Of a stretch of DNA of 64,000 bases, positions 35,375-47,500 are shown in pieces. A program made the position numbers and the translations under genes. Numbering within the stretch: the stretch's first letter is position 1; each line of letters opens with the position of its first letter. The notes below the pieces were generated by a model that was not told the DNA's origin, searched no databases, and saw only the letters and a list, made by a program, of their open reading frames with translations. This stretch comes from Emiliania huxleyi CCMP1516 (taxonomy: Eukaryota). Location: assembly GCF_000372725.1 (NCBI RefSeq), contig NW_005201154.1, positions 118,843-182,842 of the forward strand, in the 5' to 3' direction.

Positions 35375-36157
35375 TCAGGCCGCCTGTGTGAGGCGTGCTC
35401 TCACCACCTCCATCGCCTCTGCTTGCGGCATGCAGCGCCACCACCCCTCCTTGAGCACCTTCCCTGTGGCTGCGGCGCGCGCCTCGAGCGCCTCCTTGAT
35501 GCGGTCAACCTCTCCGGAATACCTGTCATGGACCGTCGCAGCAGGCACATTCTTGACAGCTCCACTGTCATGCTCACGTCCACGTGCTTCAAACGCCGCA
35601 ATTGCCTCCGCACGCGGCTTGGTGAGCTGCAGCACCTCAAATCGCGGCGACTCGAGCAGGGCGGCGAGCACGTCCATCTTGACAACTTTGGCCACGGTGC
35701 ACGCCTCCATGATGACCAGGCTCGGTGGCTCTTCTATGCCGTGCTCCTTGAGCACACACGGATCGCCACGCAGCAGCGCGGCCAGGAACTCACAGCACTG
35801 CGGAAGGAGGAGGTCCGTCCCTCCGGTGGGCGGGACCGTGTTGCGCCACCGGCGCCACTGCGGATTGTCATCGCAGGCATAGAGTCCCGGCACCGCAACG
35901 GTGTTGAGGCCGTTGATGTGAAACGTGACCTGCGAGCTGACACCTCTGCCTACTAGTTTCGTCGAGCGGCAGAGCCGCCACCGGTCAAGTACCTCTTTGA
36001 TGTCCGCCGGTGCCTTGCCCTTCAGCTCGAGAACCTCCTTCTGCATTAGATAAGTCTTGCCCGTACCTGAGGCACCAGTGATGACAAGCACGTCCGGTCT
36101 CTCACTCAAGGCTGGCGGGCGCCGCCTCGTCCCTCGCCCCTTTCGCGCTTTCGGCAT
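35375..36157 (-). CDS. Intronless P-loop nucleotide kinase-like protein (260 aa)
   Basis: VLVITGASGTGKT, VAVPGLY...GGTDLL, LVIMEA, lid-like AIAAFEARG; basic N-terminal tail. Confidence 0.7.
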   Translation of the reverse strand: MPKARKGRGTRRRPPALSERPDVLVITGASGTGKTYLMQKEVLELKGKAPADIKEVLDRWRLCRSTKLVGRGVSSQVTFHINGLNTVAVPGLYACDDNPQWRRWRNTVPPTGGTDLLLPQCCEFLAALLRGDPCVLKEHGIEEPPSLVIMEACTVAKVVKMDVLAALLESPRFEVLQLTKPRAEAIAAFEARGREHDSGAVKNVPAATVHDRYSGEVDRIKEALEARAAATGKVLKEGWWRCMPQAEAMEVVRARLTQAA

Positions 36158-36410
36158 GTGTGGTGCCTTGCTGCTTGCATGTATGATGTAAGCCGTTCCG
36201 TCCAAACTTGTTTTCGCAAATTCTTCTTCTTCTGACGTGCGAGGCCGACACTACGGTGACACAAAAGAAAGGAAGGATTCGCGCTGCGCCTAGGCTGCTG
36301 CTCGATCGAACCTGGGCAACCCGTCGATCCGCATCCGGCTCAACAACTAGGGCGAGTATTGGCAGTTGGCTAGGGTGCCCACAGGATCCAAAAGAAAATG
36401 GCTTTCCGCC

Positions 36411-37325
36411 TCAAAATTTGCGAAAACAAGTTTGGAGTGAGGCCTCTTCCGTTGGGGGACCGAGTTCATAGGAAACGAGGGTTCCCCATTGCCGCGCCAG
36501 TGCGTGGCAGATGATGCATGGGTCGTTGTATCCGAGCTCCTTTGCGCGGGCGCGCTTCCACGCGAGCATCGCCTCGTAGGCCGGCAGCTCTTGCGGCCGC
36601 AGATCGTCGCGCGTCTTGGGGAGGTCGTCCTCAACCTCGAGCACCTCCTCCTCGCCCTCGGCCCCTGCAGCCTCCCCTGCAGCCTCCGTCGCCCCCGCAG
36701 CCTCCTGCCTGTCCGCCGCCCTCCCGCGCCTGGCCTCCCGAAGAGCCGCGGCGTGCGGCTCCAGCGTCGCGAGGAGGCGCGCGCCGTGAGATCTCGCCTT
36801 TGCCTCGCCCCAACCCCAGCAGCTGAGCAGCGCCTCGACTGAGCGAGGCACGCACCGCACCATCGCCATGAGAGCGCGGTTCTGCGCGACGTGGTAGGCG
36901 GCGCAATCGTTCTCGCGGGCGATCCTGTTCTTCTCGTCGCGCAAGAGGCCGTACACGAGCGCCTCGTTTGGGAAGAGCTCCGCCTCCGATGCCGGGGCCG
37001 GGTCCTCGTCCAGCGGAGCCGCGGCCGACGCAGCCTCCTCCTCCGTTTTCTCGGCGGCCGCCTTTGCGGCCTTTGCGTCCACACCACCCAGCACGACCTT
37101 GCCGTTGGAATGCTCAGCGTCTATGAAGACCGAGGGGGCGGGCAACGCAGCGATGCGGCCGCTCTTCCGGCTCGGCTCTGTCGGCGGGCGCTGCACCTTT
37201 GGCTTGCGGACGACGGTGGGCTTTGGAGGCGCGAGCGCCTCGAGGCCGAGCTGAGCGAGGACAGCCTGGTTGCGCTCGATGTTTTTAAGCCGCTCGATCT
37301 CGTAGGCGGAGAGGGGCGTGGACAT
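36411..37325 (-). CDS. HRDC-domain protein with N-terminal LSAYE..R..NI.RN..L..LGL motif; second HRDC incomplete
   Basis: YGLLRDEKNRIARENDCAAYHVAQNRALMAMVRCVPRSVEALLSCWGWGEAKARSHG fits HRDC. A second copy YEAMLAWKRARAKELG..PCIICH breaks off at about 36505. Confidence 0.75.
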   Translation of the reverse strand: MSTPLSAYEIERLKNIERNQAVLAQLGLEALAPPKPTVVRKPKVQRPPTEPSRKSGRIAALPAPSVFIDAEHSNGKVVLGGVDAKAAKAAAEKTEEEAASAAAPLDEDPAPASEAELFPNEALVYGLLRDEKNRIARENDCAAYHVAQNRALMAMVRCVPRSVEALLSCWGWGEAKARSHGARLLATLEPHAAALREARRGRAADRQEAAGATEAAGEAAGAEGEEEVLEVEDDLPKTRDDLRPQELPAYEAMLAWKRARAKELGYNDPCIICHALARQWGTLVSYELGPPTEEASLQTCFRKF

Positions 37326-37681
37326 GTAGAATTCCTTTCAGTGCAGTTCGCTCTGCAGTCTGCTGGGGCGGCGAGCGGGAAAGTATCCGAGAACCCAAAA
37401 CACTAAAGAAAACAACCAGCGAGAGAGAGAGAGAGAGATCTCTCTCTCCAGCGTGAGTCGCAGCAGACAGGGCGGGCGACGGCTAGCGCACCACACCCCT
37501 CTCCTTAAAATCCCTGTGTGGTGGCGGCGTGCCGTTCTCCCATCCCTCCCTTGGTTGTCCGTTTTCTTTTGTGTTCTTTTAGGCTGGTAACCTTTTTTCT
37601 TTCTTTTCTTGGTGAGCGCGCCCGAGAAGCGCCGCGAGCGCCGATGAGCACTGCCGCCCCGCGCCTTGGCGTGGAGCGGTA

Positions 37682-38177
37682 CAGTGGGTTGCGGGCATTA
37701 AGAAAGCGTCCGATTAAGGTTCCCCGGGCATTAAGAAACCTCCTACCAAGCGATTTCCGCAAAAAAATATAAGAAACCACGGCGCGCCGCAGGCGCGGCC
37801 CCGAGAAAAGGCCAGACGCGAGTGTGGACGGGAGGCCCAGCTCAAAATTTCTCTTCGCCTGCGGCGCGCACTTGTCACTTTTTTCCAAGTCTGCGGTGTT
37901 CTGAGTGGATGGAGTGAACGGAGGCGTGTGTGCGTCTTCCCGTCATCCAGACAGAGAGCCGACTCGGCGGCAGACTCTGGCATCGCCCTCGCGGGCGGAC
38001 CGCAGCTTACCTCTTACCTAAAAATCTTTCGGGCCGGCGCTGGCGCGCTCTGCCTCTGGCTTGAGTGCCCCGGCCGGAGCTAAGAAACCACGGCGTGGGG
38101 TGGATGAGGGCTGTGGAAAGGCTTAGAAACGGCGGCGTGCCGCGGAATCCTGTTTTCTTAATGCCCGCAACCCACTG
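37682..38177. mobile_element. Tc1/mariner-type MITE, 496 bp, perfect 24-bp TIRs, TA target duplication
   Basis: TA|CAGTGGGTTGCGGGCATTAAGAAA ... TTTCTTAATGCCCGCAACCCACTG|TA; internal TAAGAAACC repeats. Confidence 0.9.
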
Positions 38178-38705
38178 TAGTACATGATGCGGCGCCCAGC
38201 ATGCTCTATCATGCGTCGCCCCGCAGTGGCCGAGCCGACCGCCGTTCGACCTGGCGCCGAGTGGCTCCCAGATCGAGCGCGGCAGGCTCAGTCGCACCCT
38301 CGCGGAGCGCGAACGCGAACCGAGCCGTCGCCGTTCGCCGCAGCCGTCACCGTCAGCCGTCAGCCGGCAGCAGCCGGCCGCCGGCAGCCGGCAGCCGGCG
38401 GCCGGGAGCCGGCAGCCGGCAGTCGCCGTCGCTGCCGCCGCCGCAGCAGCAGCGAGCGAGCTCCTGCGTCGCGTTTTGCCGACGCGTGTGGACGCGCGCC
38501 GCCCAGCGGCGAGCGAGCGTGCTCGGAGCTGGGTCGGCGCGCGCGCGGGCGGACGGCGCCTGTAAACAGACAGCCGTGCAGCCCACTCATTCAAAAGCAC
38601 AAGTGGACAGCCAGTTGGTATTAGCGTGAATCGTGTCGTCGACGAGCCTCCGCGTAAAATTCTTTCGGGCAGATCCTCTTTCTGCTCCTCACCGCCCGAC
38701 CACAT

Positions 38706-40957
38706 ATGCTCAGATCTGCAGCGTTGCTCAGCCTTCTCGCTCCCGCGTCGGCGGTGGTGCTCACCGCAGCGCGCGCGCCTCCTCGCGGCGCCGCCGCTTC
38801 GGCCGCCTCAGCGAGCTGCGCTCTGGTGGGTCGGCCGCCGCGGCTGGCAGCGGCGAGCCGTTTGCGGATGCAGGTGCAGCAGGAGGAGGGGTCGAGCGCG
38901 CCGTCGCCTTACGACGAGTTCCTGCTGGCGGACGTGAAGACGGGCGAGCGGAGCCGCATCGGGCTCGACGAGAAGGAGAAGCTCTACCTCGACTGCCTCG
39001 ACGCCTTTTACAACGACGAGAAGCCGGTGCTGGGCGATTCCGAGTACGAGACGCTCAAGACGGACCTGCAGTTCGAGGGGTCTCGGATCGCGGCCTTCTC
39101 GAAGGACGAGATCAAGTACCTCATCGCCAACAAGCGCTTCGTCATGGGCAAGCCCTTCCTCTCTGACAGCGAGTACGACTCGCTCCGTCGCAAGCTCAAG
39201 ACAGCGGGCTCGCCGGTGGTGCTGCACGAGGCGCCTTCGTGCAAGGTGGACGGGACGTGCCGGTTCGACATGAAGGTGGACGAGGGCAAGCAGCGGCTCC
39301 TCTACCTGCCCGGCACGCTCGGTGAGCCCCCCTCCCCTCCCCCTCGCCGGCTGGGCCTGTCGCGAGCCGGTGCGCGGACGGCTGACGGCCGGCGGCGGGC
39401 TGCGATGCAGGCGGACTGATCCTGGCGTGCGAGGTGGAGTTCTGGACGCTGCACATCGACCCCCTCCTCTCGATCGTCCTTGGAGCCCTGCCCGCCTACC
39501 TCTTCGGCGTCTGGTTCACCGAGAACATCTTTGCCCAAAAGCCGTGCGCCTCGCCGCCCCCCCCCCCCCCCTCTGCCTCCGCCTCCGCCTCCGCCTCCCG
39601 CCTCCGCGTCTGCGTCCGCGGCCCCGCCCCCGTTGCAGCGCAGCCGCCTCTGCCTTGCGCGAGCCCTCCTCCCTGCCCCGCGGCCCCTCGGCCCCGACCT
39701 TCAGCCCCGACCCCCAGGCTCGTCGCCTCCACCGCTTGCCCGAGCTGCAACTCCTTGCTGACCGTCTACTTTGGCGACCTGTTTGGCGTGCAGGCACCTC
39801 ACCACACACTCCTCACCACACACTCCTCATCACACACTCCTCACCACACACCTCACACCTCACCTCACACCTCACCTCACCACACACCTCCCACACACAC
39901 CTCCCACACACACCTCACCACACACCTCACCACACACCACACACACACACACACACGCACACACGCACACACACCTCCCACACACCTCCCACACGCACAC
40001 ACACCTCACCGCACACCTCCCACACACACCACACACACACCCCGACCGACCTCCCAGTGGACAGCTCTCCGCCCGACCGCCCCAGAGGAGTCGTCAGCCA
40101 CACCTGACGCCACGCCGCCCTCGCCTGCAGCGCGACGGCATCATGGGGCCTGCAAAGCAAAAGGAGGCGGGCTCGAGCCAGGCGCCCCCCCCCCCCCCCC
40201 CTTTCAAAAAAAAGAGAGTCGTGAGATCGCCCGAATCACCCGCCCTCGTCCTGGTGGCTCACCCGCCCTCGTCCTGGTGCCTCACCCGCCCTCGTCCTGG
40301 TGCCTCACCCGCCCTCTTCCTGCTGCCTCGCCGCCGCAGGTGGGGGTCAAATGCCCCGACTGCACGGGCCGTCCCCCCCGCGGTGTGTGGGNNNNNNNNN
40401 NNNNNNNNNNNNNNNNNNNNNNNNNNNNNNNNNNNNNNNNNNNNNNNNNNNNNNNNNNNNNNNNNNNNNNNNNNNNNNNNNNNNNNNNNNNCAAAAACCC
40501 AAAAAAACAACCCGGGGCGGCCTCCCAGGGGAAAATTTTCCCCCCGCCCGCCCCAAAGGGGTTTTAAACCCCCCCGGAGGCCCCGTTGCCCTCCCCTGAA
40601 GGGGGGGGGAAAAAGGGGGCCTGAAAAAAAAAAAGGGGGGGGGGTTGACCCAGGGCCCCCCCCCCCCCCCCCTTTTCACACAAGAAGGAGTGGGGAAATT
40701 CCCCGACTCACCCGCCCTGGTCCGGGTGCCTCCCCCGCCCTCGTCCTGTTGCCTCCCCCCCCCAGGGGGGGGTAAAAAGCCCCGAATGCAGGGTCGGTTT
40801 CCCCCCCCCCCCCCCCCCCGGGGGGGGGGCGCCCCCCGGCCCTCCTCACCGCCCCCGCCACCCCTCACCCCCCCCTCACCCCCCCTCCCCCGGCCAGGCC
40901 AAGCTCATCGCTGACCGGACGACGATGCGCATCGAGTCGAACAAAGTGGCCGCCTAG
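38706..40957 (+). CDS. PGRL1: PGR5-like protein 1 (thylakoid cyclic electron flow); multi-exon, gap inside an intron
   Basis: Signal plus transit leader; EKEKLYLDCLDAFYNDEKPVLGDSEYETLKTDLQFEGS, GKPFLSDSEYDSLRRKLK, CKVDGTC, two TM segments, ACPSC, KCPDC. Confidence 0.88.
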
Positions 40958-41804
40958 GAGAGCGGCGGCACGGCGCGCCGTTCGCCCCTCCGCCTGGAGT
41001 TGCCACTTGCACCCCCCCCTTTGGCTTGCCATTGTCCCTGCGCGTGGCCTGCACACATGTTGTTGTACACATGAACGCCGGGGCGTTTGGGCCGAGCACG
41101 TTTCGCGATCGGATTCACGGCAGTCCAACCATAGTCCAGCTGACAGTCAGCTCCATTTGATTCTTGTGAGTGCTCAATGGAGCAGATCGCGAATTTGAAT
41201 CGCGTGGGAAAACGAACACAGAGGAGGGACGGGTGGCCCTGCGCCTGGCCGCGCCTCGCCCGCGCCTGGGGGGTGGCGGGGGAGGTGCTGAGCGATTCTA
41301 AGAAGTAAGATCAGAGGTCTCTGCACACTGGGCAAATATCGGCCGATTTCCAACCCGCTAAATCATCACGGCCCCGTAACACCCTCCGCGCGTGGTCAAA
41401 GGCTTCCCAGGGCCGGTCCATGACATGAACTCCGATAGACACAAGCAAAAACAACCGCACCTCGAAACTTCTCGGGCACCCCGAGGCCCATATACGGCGC
41501 CCCGGCGGCGGGCCCCGGCGGTCTGGCTCACAGAAAGAAAAGAAACCGAGTGGCGGAAAAAGAATTTTACGGAAAAGAATTTAGAGACCGCATGCTACCC
41601 AAACACTCTCATGAAGGCAACGTAAGCGAGATGGCGAGTGCACACAAAGTGGTGGGGATGTCGCAAGGGAATTCTATGCGAATGAGTGTGACATGCTTCA
41701 CACGTTCTCTATCGTCCCTAAAATCTCTCCTAATCTGCATGTGATGTGCATGTGCATGTGCATGTGAATGTATCTCCATGCGCTAGTACGCAGCCCGGCC
41801 CCGC

Positions 41805-41806
<2 letters not shown>

Positions 41807-41887
<81 letters not shown>
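41807..41887. repeat. (GT)n microsatellite
   Basis: About 40 uninterrupted GT units. Confidence 0.95.
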
Positions 41888-41890
<3 letters not shown>

Positions 41891-42010
41891 ATGCAGGGCA
41901 TTAAAAGAATGTGGCGTCCATCTCGTACACCTCGGTCTGTGAGCGCCCCCGAATTTGGGCGGCGGCGGAGAGGAACTGAACTAAAGGTGGTGCGATCTTG
42001 AAGTAGCAAG

Positions 42011-43930
42011 TCATCCCCGAGGCGTTGACGCCGTCGTACCCATGAGATTGCACCAGAAGCCACTGCGCCACTCAAATGCCGCGCAGCTGGAGGCTGTGGC
42101 GCAGCGCGACTGGCATGCGGCGAGCCGAGGCGACCTTCGGTGCGAAGCTGGGTCCAACTGAAATCGCCGTTGGGTGCATAACGGCAGTCTCCGACTTCCA
42201 ATCGCCACGATCCCAGCGAAGGCAAGGGGAGCGGTGAGGTCGGCGGTGGCGGCGGGGCGATCGCCGGCTTCAAGTGGGCTCGCCCGGCTCCTGGGAGCGC
42301 GCCATGTGCGAGCCAAAGGTTTGCTGGTAGAGCAGCGCGTGCTCTCCGCCGAGGTCGGGCACGGTCAGCTTGAGCGTGGTGCGACCTACACCCGAGCCTG
42401 CCACGCATAAGGAGCGCTGCAGTGGAGGCGTTGCCGAGAGCCACCCGCACCGCTAAAGGGCGGCATCTCCCACCGCTGGAGGATCTCCGCCGAGACGGCG
42501 TCGCTCGACAGCTGCCAGCCGTCAGTGGTGAAGAACTCGCCGTTGATGACCTGGTTGAGGGAGGGCCAGCTCGCTGGCCGCCGCCCCGTCAGCCGGTCGA
42601 GGACCTGCTTGGTCCAGCCCATCTCCGTGTCGAAGATGCCTACTCCACACAGACGGCGCCGTGAGGCGCCGGCCCTGGCACGCCCCGCTCTCGCGCCTCC
42701 GAAGCGGGTGCCAAAGCCGCGCTGGTTGTGCTGGATGCCCGTGTACCACATGGAGCCAATGTCGTTCGCCGCAAAGAGGTCGAGGTGGTAGCGGAGCCAT
42801 CGGTCGAGATCGCCGCTATCGGCCACGCGGCTCTCAAACAGCCAGCAGCCCCACTCCGTCGTGATGACCGGCACGCTGTGGCCATACTTTGCCCGCCACC
42901 GGACCACATACTCCACCTCGCGCGCAATCGGCCTCTGCCACCGCTCCTCGTCCGCCCCGAGCGGGTCGGTCCACATCGCCCAATTTAGCCCCACCCCCAA
43001 GCCTTTCGGTCGGTAGAAGTGGATCGCGACGCCGACGTTGGGGTCTTCCGAGAACCGCACTAAGGCTGGGGGCGCGGGTGGTGGAATGGAGCACTCTGGG
43101 CATGCCCCGCAGCCGCGCCATGTGCACAGGTCCGTCCAACCTCGCGTCTTGCTATCACACCACGACATACAGTTGCCCGAACTAGGGGGAATCGGCTCGT
43201 CGGGGGCTGTGCTGTTTGAAGGGGTGAGGTAGGCGTCGGTCACGTACGGGTCGAGCCATTCCGGATCGTTGTAGCCAGGACTGCTGAGGAGGACCGGTCG
43301 GGTGGCGTCTTGGGAGCGGATGGCCCGCAGCGCCGCCTCGTACAGCGACATGACCGCCTCATTGGCTTCGTGGGTGGGCGCAAAGCCGATCCCCTCCGGC
43401 TCGTTGAGCAGCTCAAAGACGAGCCGGTTGGGGTACTTTATCCACCGGGCGGCGAGGGAGTGCCAGCGCTCTACAATCTGGGAGCGGCCGAGCTCCGGGT
43501 CTTCGGCCCACTCGTTCAAGCCCCACAGGCAGACCACGATGGAGAGACCGGCGGAGAGGGCGTCGTCGATCTGCGCGTCGACTTGCGACAAGTTCGCGTT
43601 GAAGGGTGAAAAGACGCGGACTGACTCGAAGCCGGCCTCCGCAATGGCCTGAGGGGTCGCTCGGGCGGGTGGGGTTGGAAAGCGCATCCCGTGCTGTCCG
43701 GCTGAGAGAGGAGTGAAGGCCCGGCGGCGATCGTAGTGGAGGCGGGCTCACGGCGGAGAGCCAAGGGAGAGGCGCTGGGTTGCGGTGTGGCGGCGGTTGC
43801 ACCTGCATCTGAGCCGCCTCGTATTGCGTCTTGAACCACACCCCAGCGTCCGGAAGCGCGACGTCGAGGTTGATGCCATTGTGCAGTGGGAGGAAGGGGT
43901 CTGGAAGCGGTGCTGCCCGCGGCTGCGGGG
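42011..43930 (-). CDS. Glycoside hydrolase family 5 with an inserted Cys-rich module and a CBM-like C-terminal region; both ends uncertain
   Basis: NGINLD, IAEAGFESVRV, VFELLNEP (acid/base), AIHFY, VITTEWG (nucleophile), INGEFFTTDGW. Confidence 0.8.
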
Positions 43931-43981
43931 CGAGCGGGGGGTGGGGCAGAACCCGAGAGAGCTCGACCTTGTCATGTATGT

Positions 43982-44032
43982 AGGAAGGTGAAGAACAGTC
44001 AGGCTCGGACTGGACACCAACGCGGTATGGGT
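43982..44032 (-). repeat. 51-bp dispersed repeat, copy 1
   Basis: Reverse complement matches 49556-49606 at 50/51. Confidence 0.85.
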
Positions 44033-44512
44033 GGACGCAAGACAGATGATGACGACACGCACGAGCGACACACAGACACAAACAAGCTCACAAGACACAC
44101 AGCCAGCGGGCTGCCACACATCCTGAGTGGGCGTACACATCACTCAGGCCACGTCCCCCCTGTCGCCCCCCCCAGCACTCCAAGGTGCCAAGAGACAAAC
44201 AACAGCACAACAACACAGACAGGCGACAGGGGCGAACGTGTGAGACTAGAGCAGGCTTGCTCCGCCTCTAGCAATCTCGTCGCCGGCCGCAAGGCACGGA
44301 CGAGACCGTGTGTGGGGTCTTGTGAGGTGTCTATGGACGCCCTCCTCACAGGCTATTGGCCTGCCGCTAGCCCTAACTCGCGCTCATGGGTGACGACAGT
44401 TCATTGGATGAGTGGTTGCGAGGGAGACAGGAAGGCTCGCCGTGTGAGTTCTCAATACCGGGTAACAAGGGGGCGGGGGGGCTGTGAGTCGGAGTCGGAA
44501 GAGGGTACAGGG

Positions 44513-47500
44513 ATGCTCCAACGCGCTGCGGCTGCTGCCGCCCCAAAACGCTGGTGGCTTGCAAACAGCGGCTCCGCACCGCTCCTCGCGCCGGCCTACG
44601 CAGCACACCAGCGTTCGGTGCCGCGGCTGCCCATCCCGCCGCTCGGCGAGACGCTCGAGCGCTACCTGCGAGCAGCACAGCCGCTGCAGACGCTGGAGGA
44701 GCACGCAGCCACGCGGGCGGCAGTCGCACAGTTCTTCGATACCGACGGGCCCGGGCTCCAGCGCCTCCTCGAGGAGGCTGACGCCGCACTTCCGCACGAC
44801 TCATCGTACCTCGAGTCGCTGTGGTACCGACTCGCCTACCTCGGGCCCCGCTCTCCGGTGCCGATCCACGCCAACCCGTGCTTCACCCTCGCCCCGCCCT
44901 CGCGCCACACGCCGCCTCTGGAGCGCGCCGCCGGGCTCCTCGCCAAGGCGGCACAGTGGGCGCACGCGCTACGGACCGGCACCCTCACCGCTCCGACTGC
45001 CAAGGGCGGCTCACCGCTGTGCATGGCGCTGCTTCCCGCCGTGCTAGGGACGGCGAGGATCCCCCGCCAAGGCTGCGACGTGCTCCACTCCGCCTCCGCG
45101 CCGGACGCCGCGGCGGTCTGCAGGCGCGGCGAGTGGTACTCCGTCCCGCTCTTCGACGCGACAGGCGCACCGCTCACCTTCGTCTCACCCTCGTCAGAAC
45201 AAGCACCAGGATGCCTCAGCACGAGGGGCATCGTTCTCCGCAGGCGCACCGCTCCCGCCCGCGACTCTCCTCGACTCGCTGAAGCAGCTGCCGCCGGCCG
45301 CGGCGCACGCACCCGCAGTCGGGGCGCTGACGGCGTGGCGGCGCGACGAGTGGGCGGAGGCTCGCGCCGCGCTCTCCAGCTCGCCGCAAAACGAGTCGTC
45401 TCTGAAGGCCATCGACGAGGTCAGGAGTCTCCAGCCCGCCGCTCGCGTATCGCTGCGCTCGCTCGTCCTCTCCACCCCTCACCCCCACCCCTCAACCCCC
45501 ACCCCTCACCCCCACCCCTCACCCCCCACCCCTCACCCCCACCCCTCACCCCCCACCCCTCACCCCCACCCCTCACCCCCACCCCTCAACCCCCACCCCT
45601 CACCCCCACCCCTCAAACCCCCACCCCTCACCCCCCCACCCCATCACACCCCCAGGCTCTGCTCGTCCTCTCACTCGACGACTCCGCGCCAGCCTCGCCG
45701 ACCGAGCTCGCCCGCACGTCCCTCTGCGGCGACGCGACGGCGCCCGACAGCCGCGCACCGCCCAGCTCGCACAGCCCCTCCGCCTCTCCCCTCGCCGCAC
45801 TGAGGCGTGTGTGTGCGCCGCTCGACCACCCCACAGGCGCGGTGGTACGACAAGCTCCAGCTGCTCGTCTTCGCCGACGGACAGGCGGCCATCAACTTCG
45901 AGCACGCGCCGCAGGACCGATCTCTCCCCATATCTCCCCATATCTCCCCATGTATCTCAACTTCGAGCACGCGCCGCAGGACCGAGATCTCTCCCCATAT
46001 CTCCCCATATCTCCCCATATATCTCAACTTTGAGCACGCGCCGCAGGACCGAGATCTCTCCCCATATCTCCCCATATATCTCAACTTCGAGCACGCGCCG
46101 CAGGACCGAGATCTCTCCCCATCTCTCCCCATATCTCCCCATGTATCTCAACTTCGAGCACGCGCCGCAGGACCGAGATCTCTCCCCATATCTCCCCATA
46201 TCTCCCCATATATCTCAACTTCGAGCACGCGCCGCAGGACCGAGATCTCTCCCCATATCTCCCCATATCTCCCCATATCTCCCCATATATCTCAACTTCG
46301 AGCACGCGCCGCAGGACCGAGATCTCTCCCCATATCTCCCCATATCTCCCCATATCTCCCCATATATCTCAACTTCGAGCACGCGCCGCAGGATGGGGCG
46401 CAGGTGGTCTCCCTCGCGTCGCACTTGGCCGAGGCGGGCGAACACGAGGCGGGCGAACACGAGGCGGGTGGGCGAAGGCCGGCGGCTCGAGCGGCGCCGC
46501 CACGCCGGCTGCGCTTCGACGTGTCTCCAGAGCTCGGCGCTAAGGTTGAGGCGGCGCGAGCCTGCGCTGCGGCCGAGGCGGCGGCGGCTCAACTTGGGCG
46601 CCGCCACGCCTCCGCCTCTCGAGCTGGGCACCGGTCGCACACCCCTTGTTCAGGCGGCGGCCCTCGACCTCGACACCGCCACGGTGCGCTCCGTCTCGGC
46701 TAGCTGGGCCAAGGGGCGCGGCGTCTCGCTGGACGGTTGGGTCGTGGCCGCTCTCTCGAGCTGGCGCGCAGAGCCCGCCGAGAGTGGGCGAGATGTGGCG
46801 AGAGTAGGCGTGGTGCAGCTCTCCTTCCAGCTGGCGCACAGGCGGCTGACCGGCGGCCTGTCGAGCACGTACGAGGCTTGCTCCACGCAAAGCTTCTCGC
46901 ACGGCCGCACCGAGGCGGCCGCAGTGCCGTGCTTGCTGTCGCATTTGCCTCGCCACTCCCATTCGCGCTCTTGTTGGCCAAAGGTGATCCGGCCGGTGAC
47001 GCGCGAGTCGGCGGCGCTGCTGCAGCGGCTCGAGGAGGGAGACGCCGACGCGGCGGCGCTGCGAGCGGCGCTCGACGCTCAGCGTCGTCTCGTGGCCGAC
47101 TGCCAGCGAGGGAAGGGGCACGGGCGGGGCACCGCCTCCTTCCTCGACCTTTCCTGGACGTTTCCTGAACGTCTTGCTGTAGGCACGGGCACGAGCGTCA
47201 CCTCCTCGCGCTCCTCGTCCAGGAGCGGGAGGCGGGCTTGCCCGCCCCCTCCTCTAGACCCTCTCCTAGACCTCTCCCGGAGCCGTCCTGTAGGCGGAGG
47301 AGGCGGGGATGCCCACGCCCGGCCTGTTTCGCGACTCCGGCTGGGCCACCGTCACTGCGTCCCTCGTCTCAACTTCGGGGTTGCGCTCCCCCGCGCTCGG
47401 CTGGTTCGCATTCGGCCCGGTGGCGCGGCAAGGGGTCGGCCTCGGCTACTTGCTCTCCCCCGACGGCGTCGCGCTCTGCGCCACTTCCTTCCGCGGCAGC

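Noticed and set aside
40492..40860. Apparent duplication of the PGRL1 intron and exon at about 40140-40380
   Set aside because: Garbled homopolymer-inflated copy next to a gap; sequencing artefact likely.
45892..46393. CRISPR-like repeat-spacer look (also 52276-52573)
   Set aside because: Repeats are copies of exon sequence, spacers are one microsatellite, there are no cas genes, and the context is eukaryotic.
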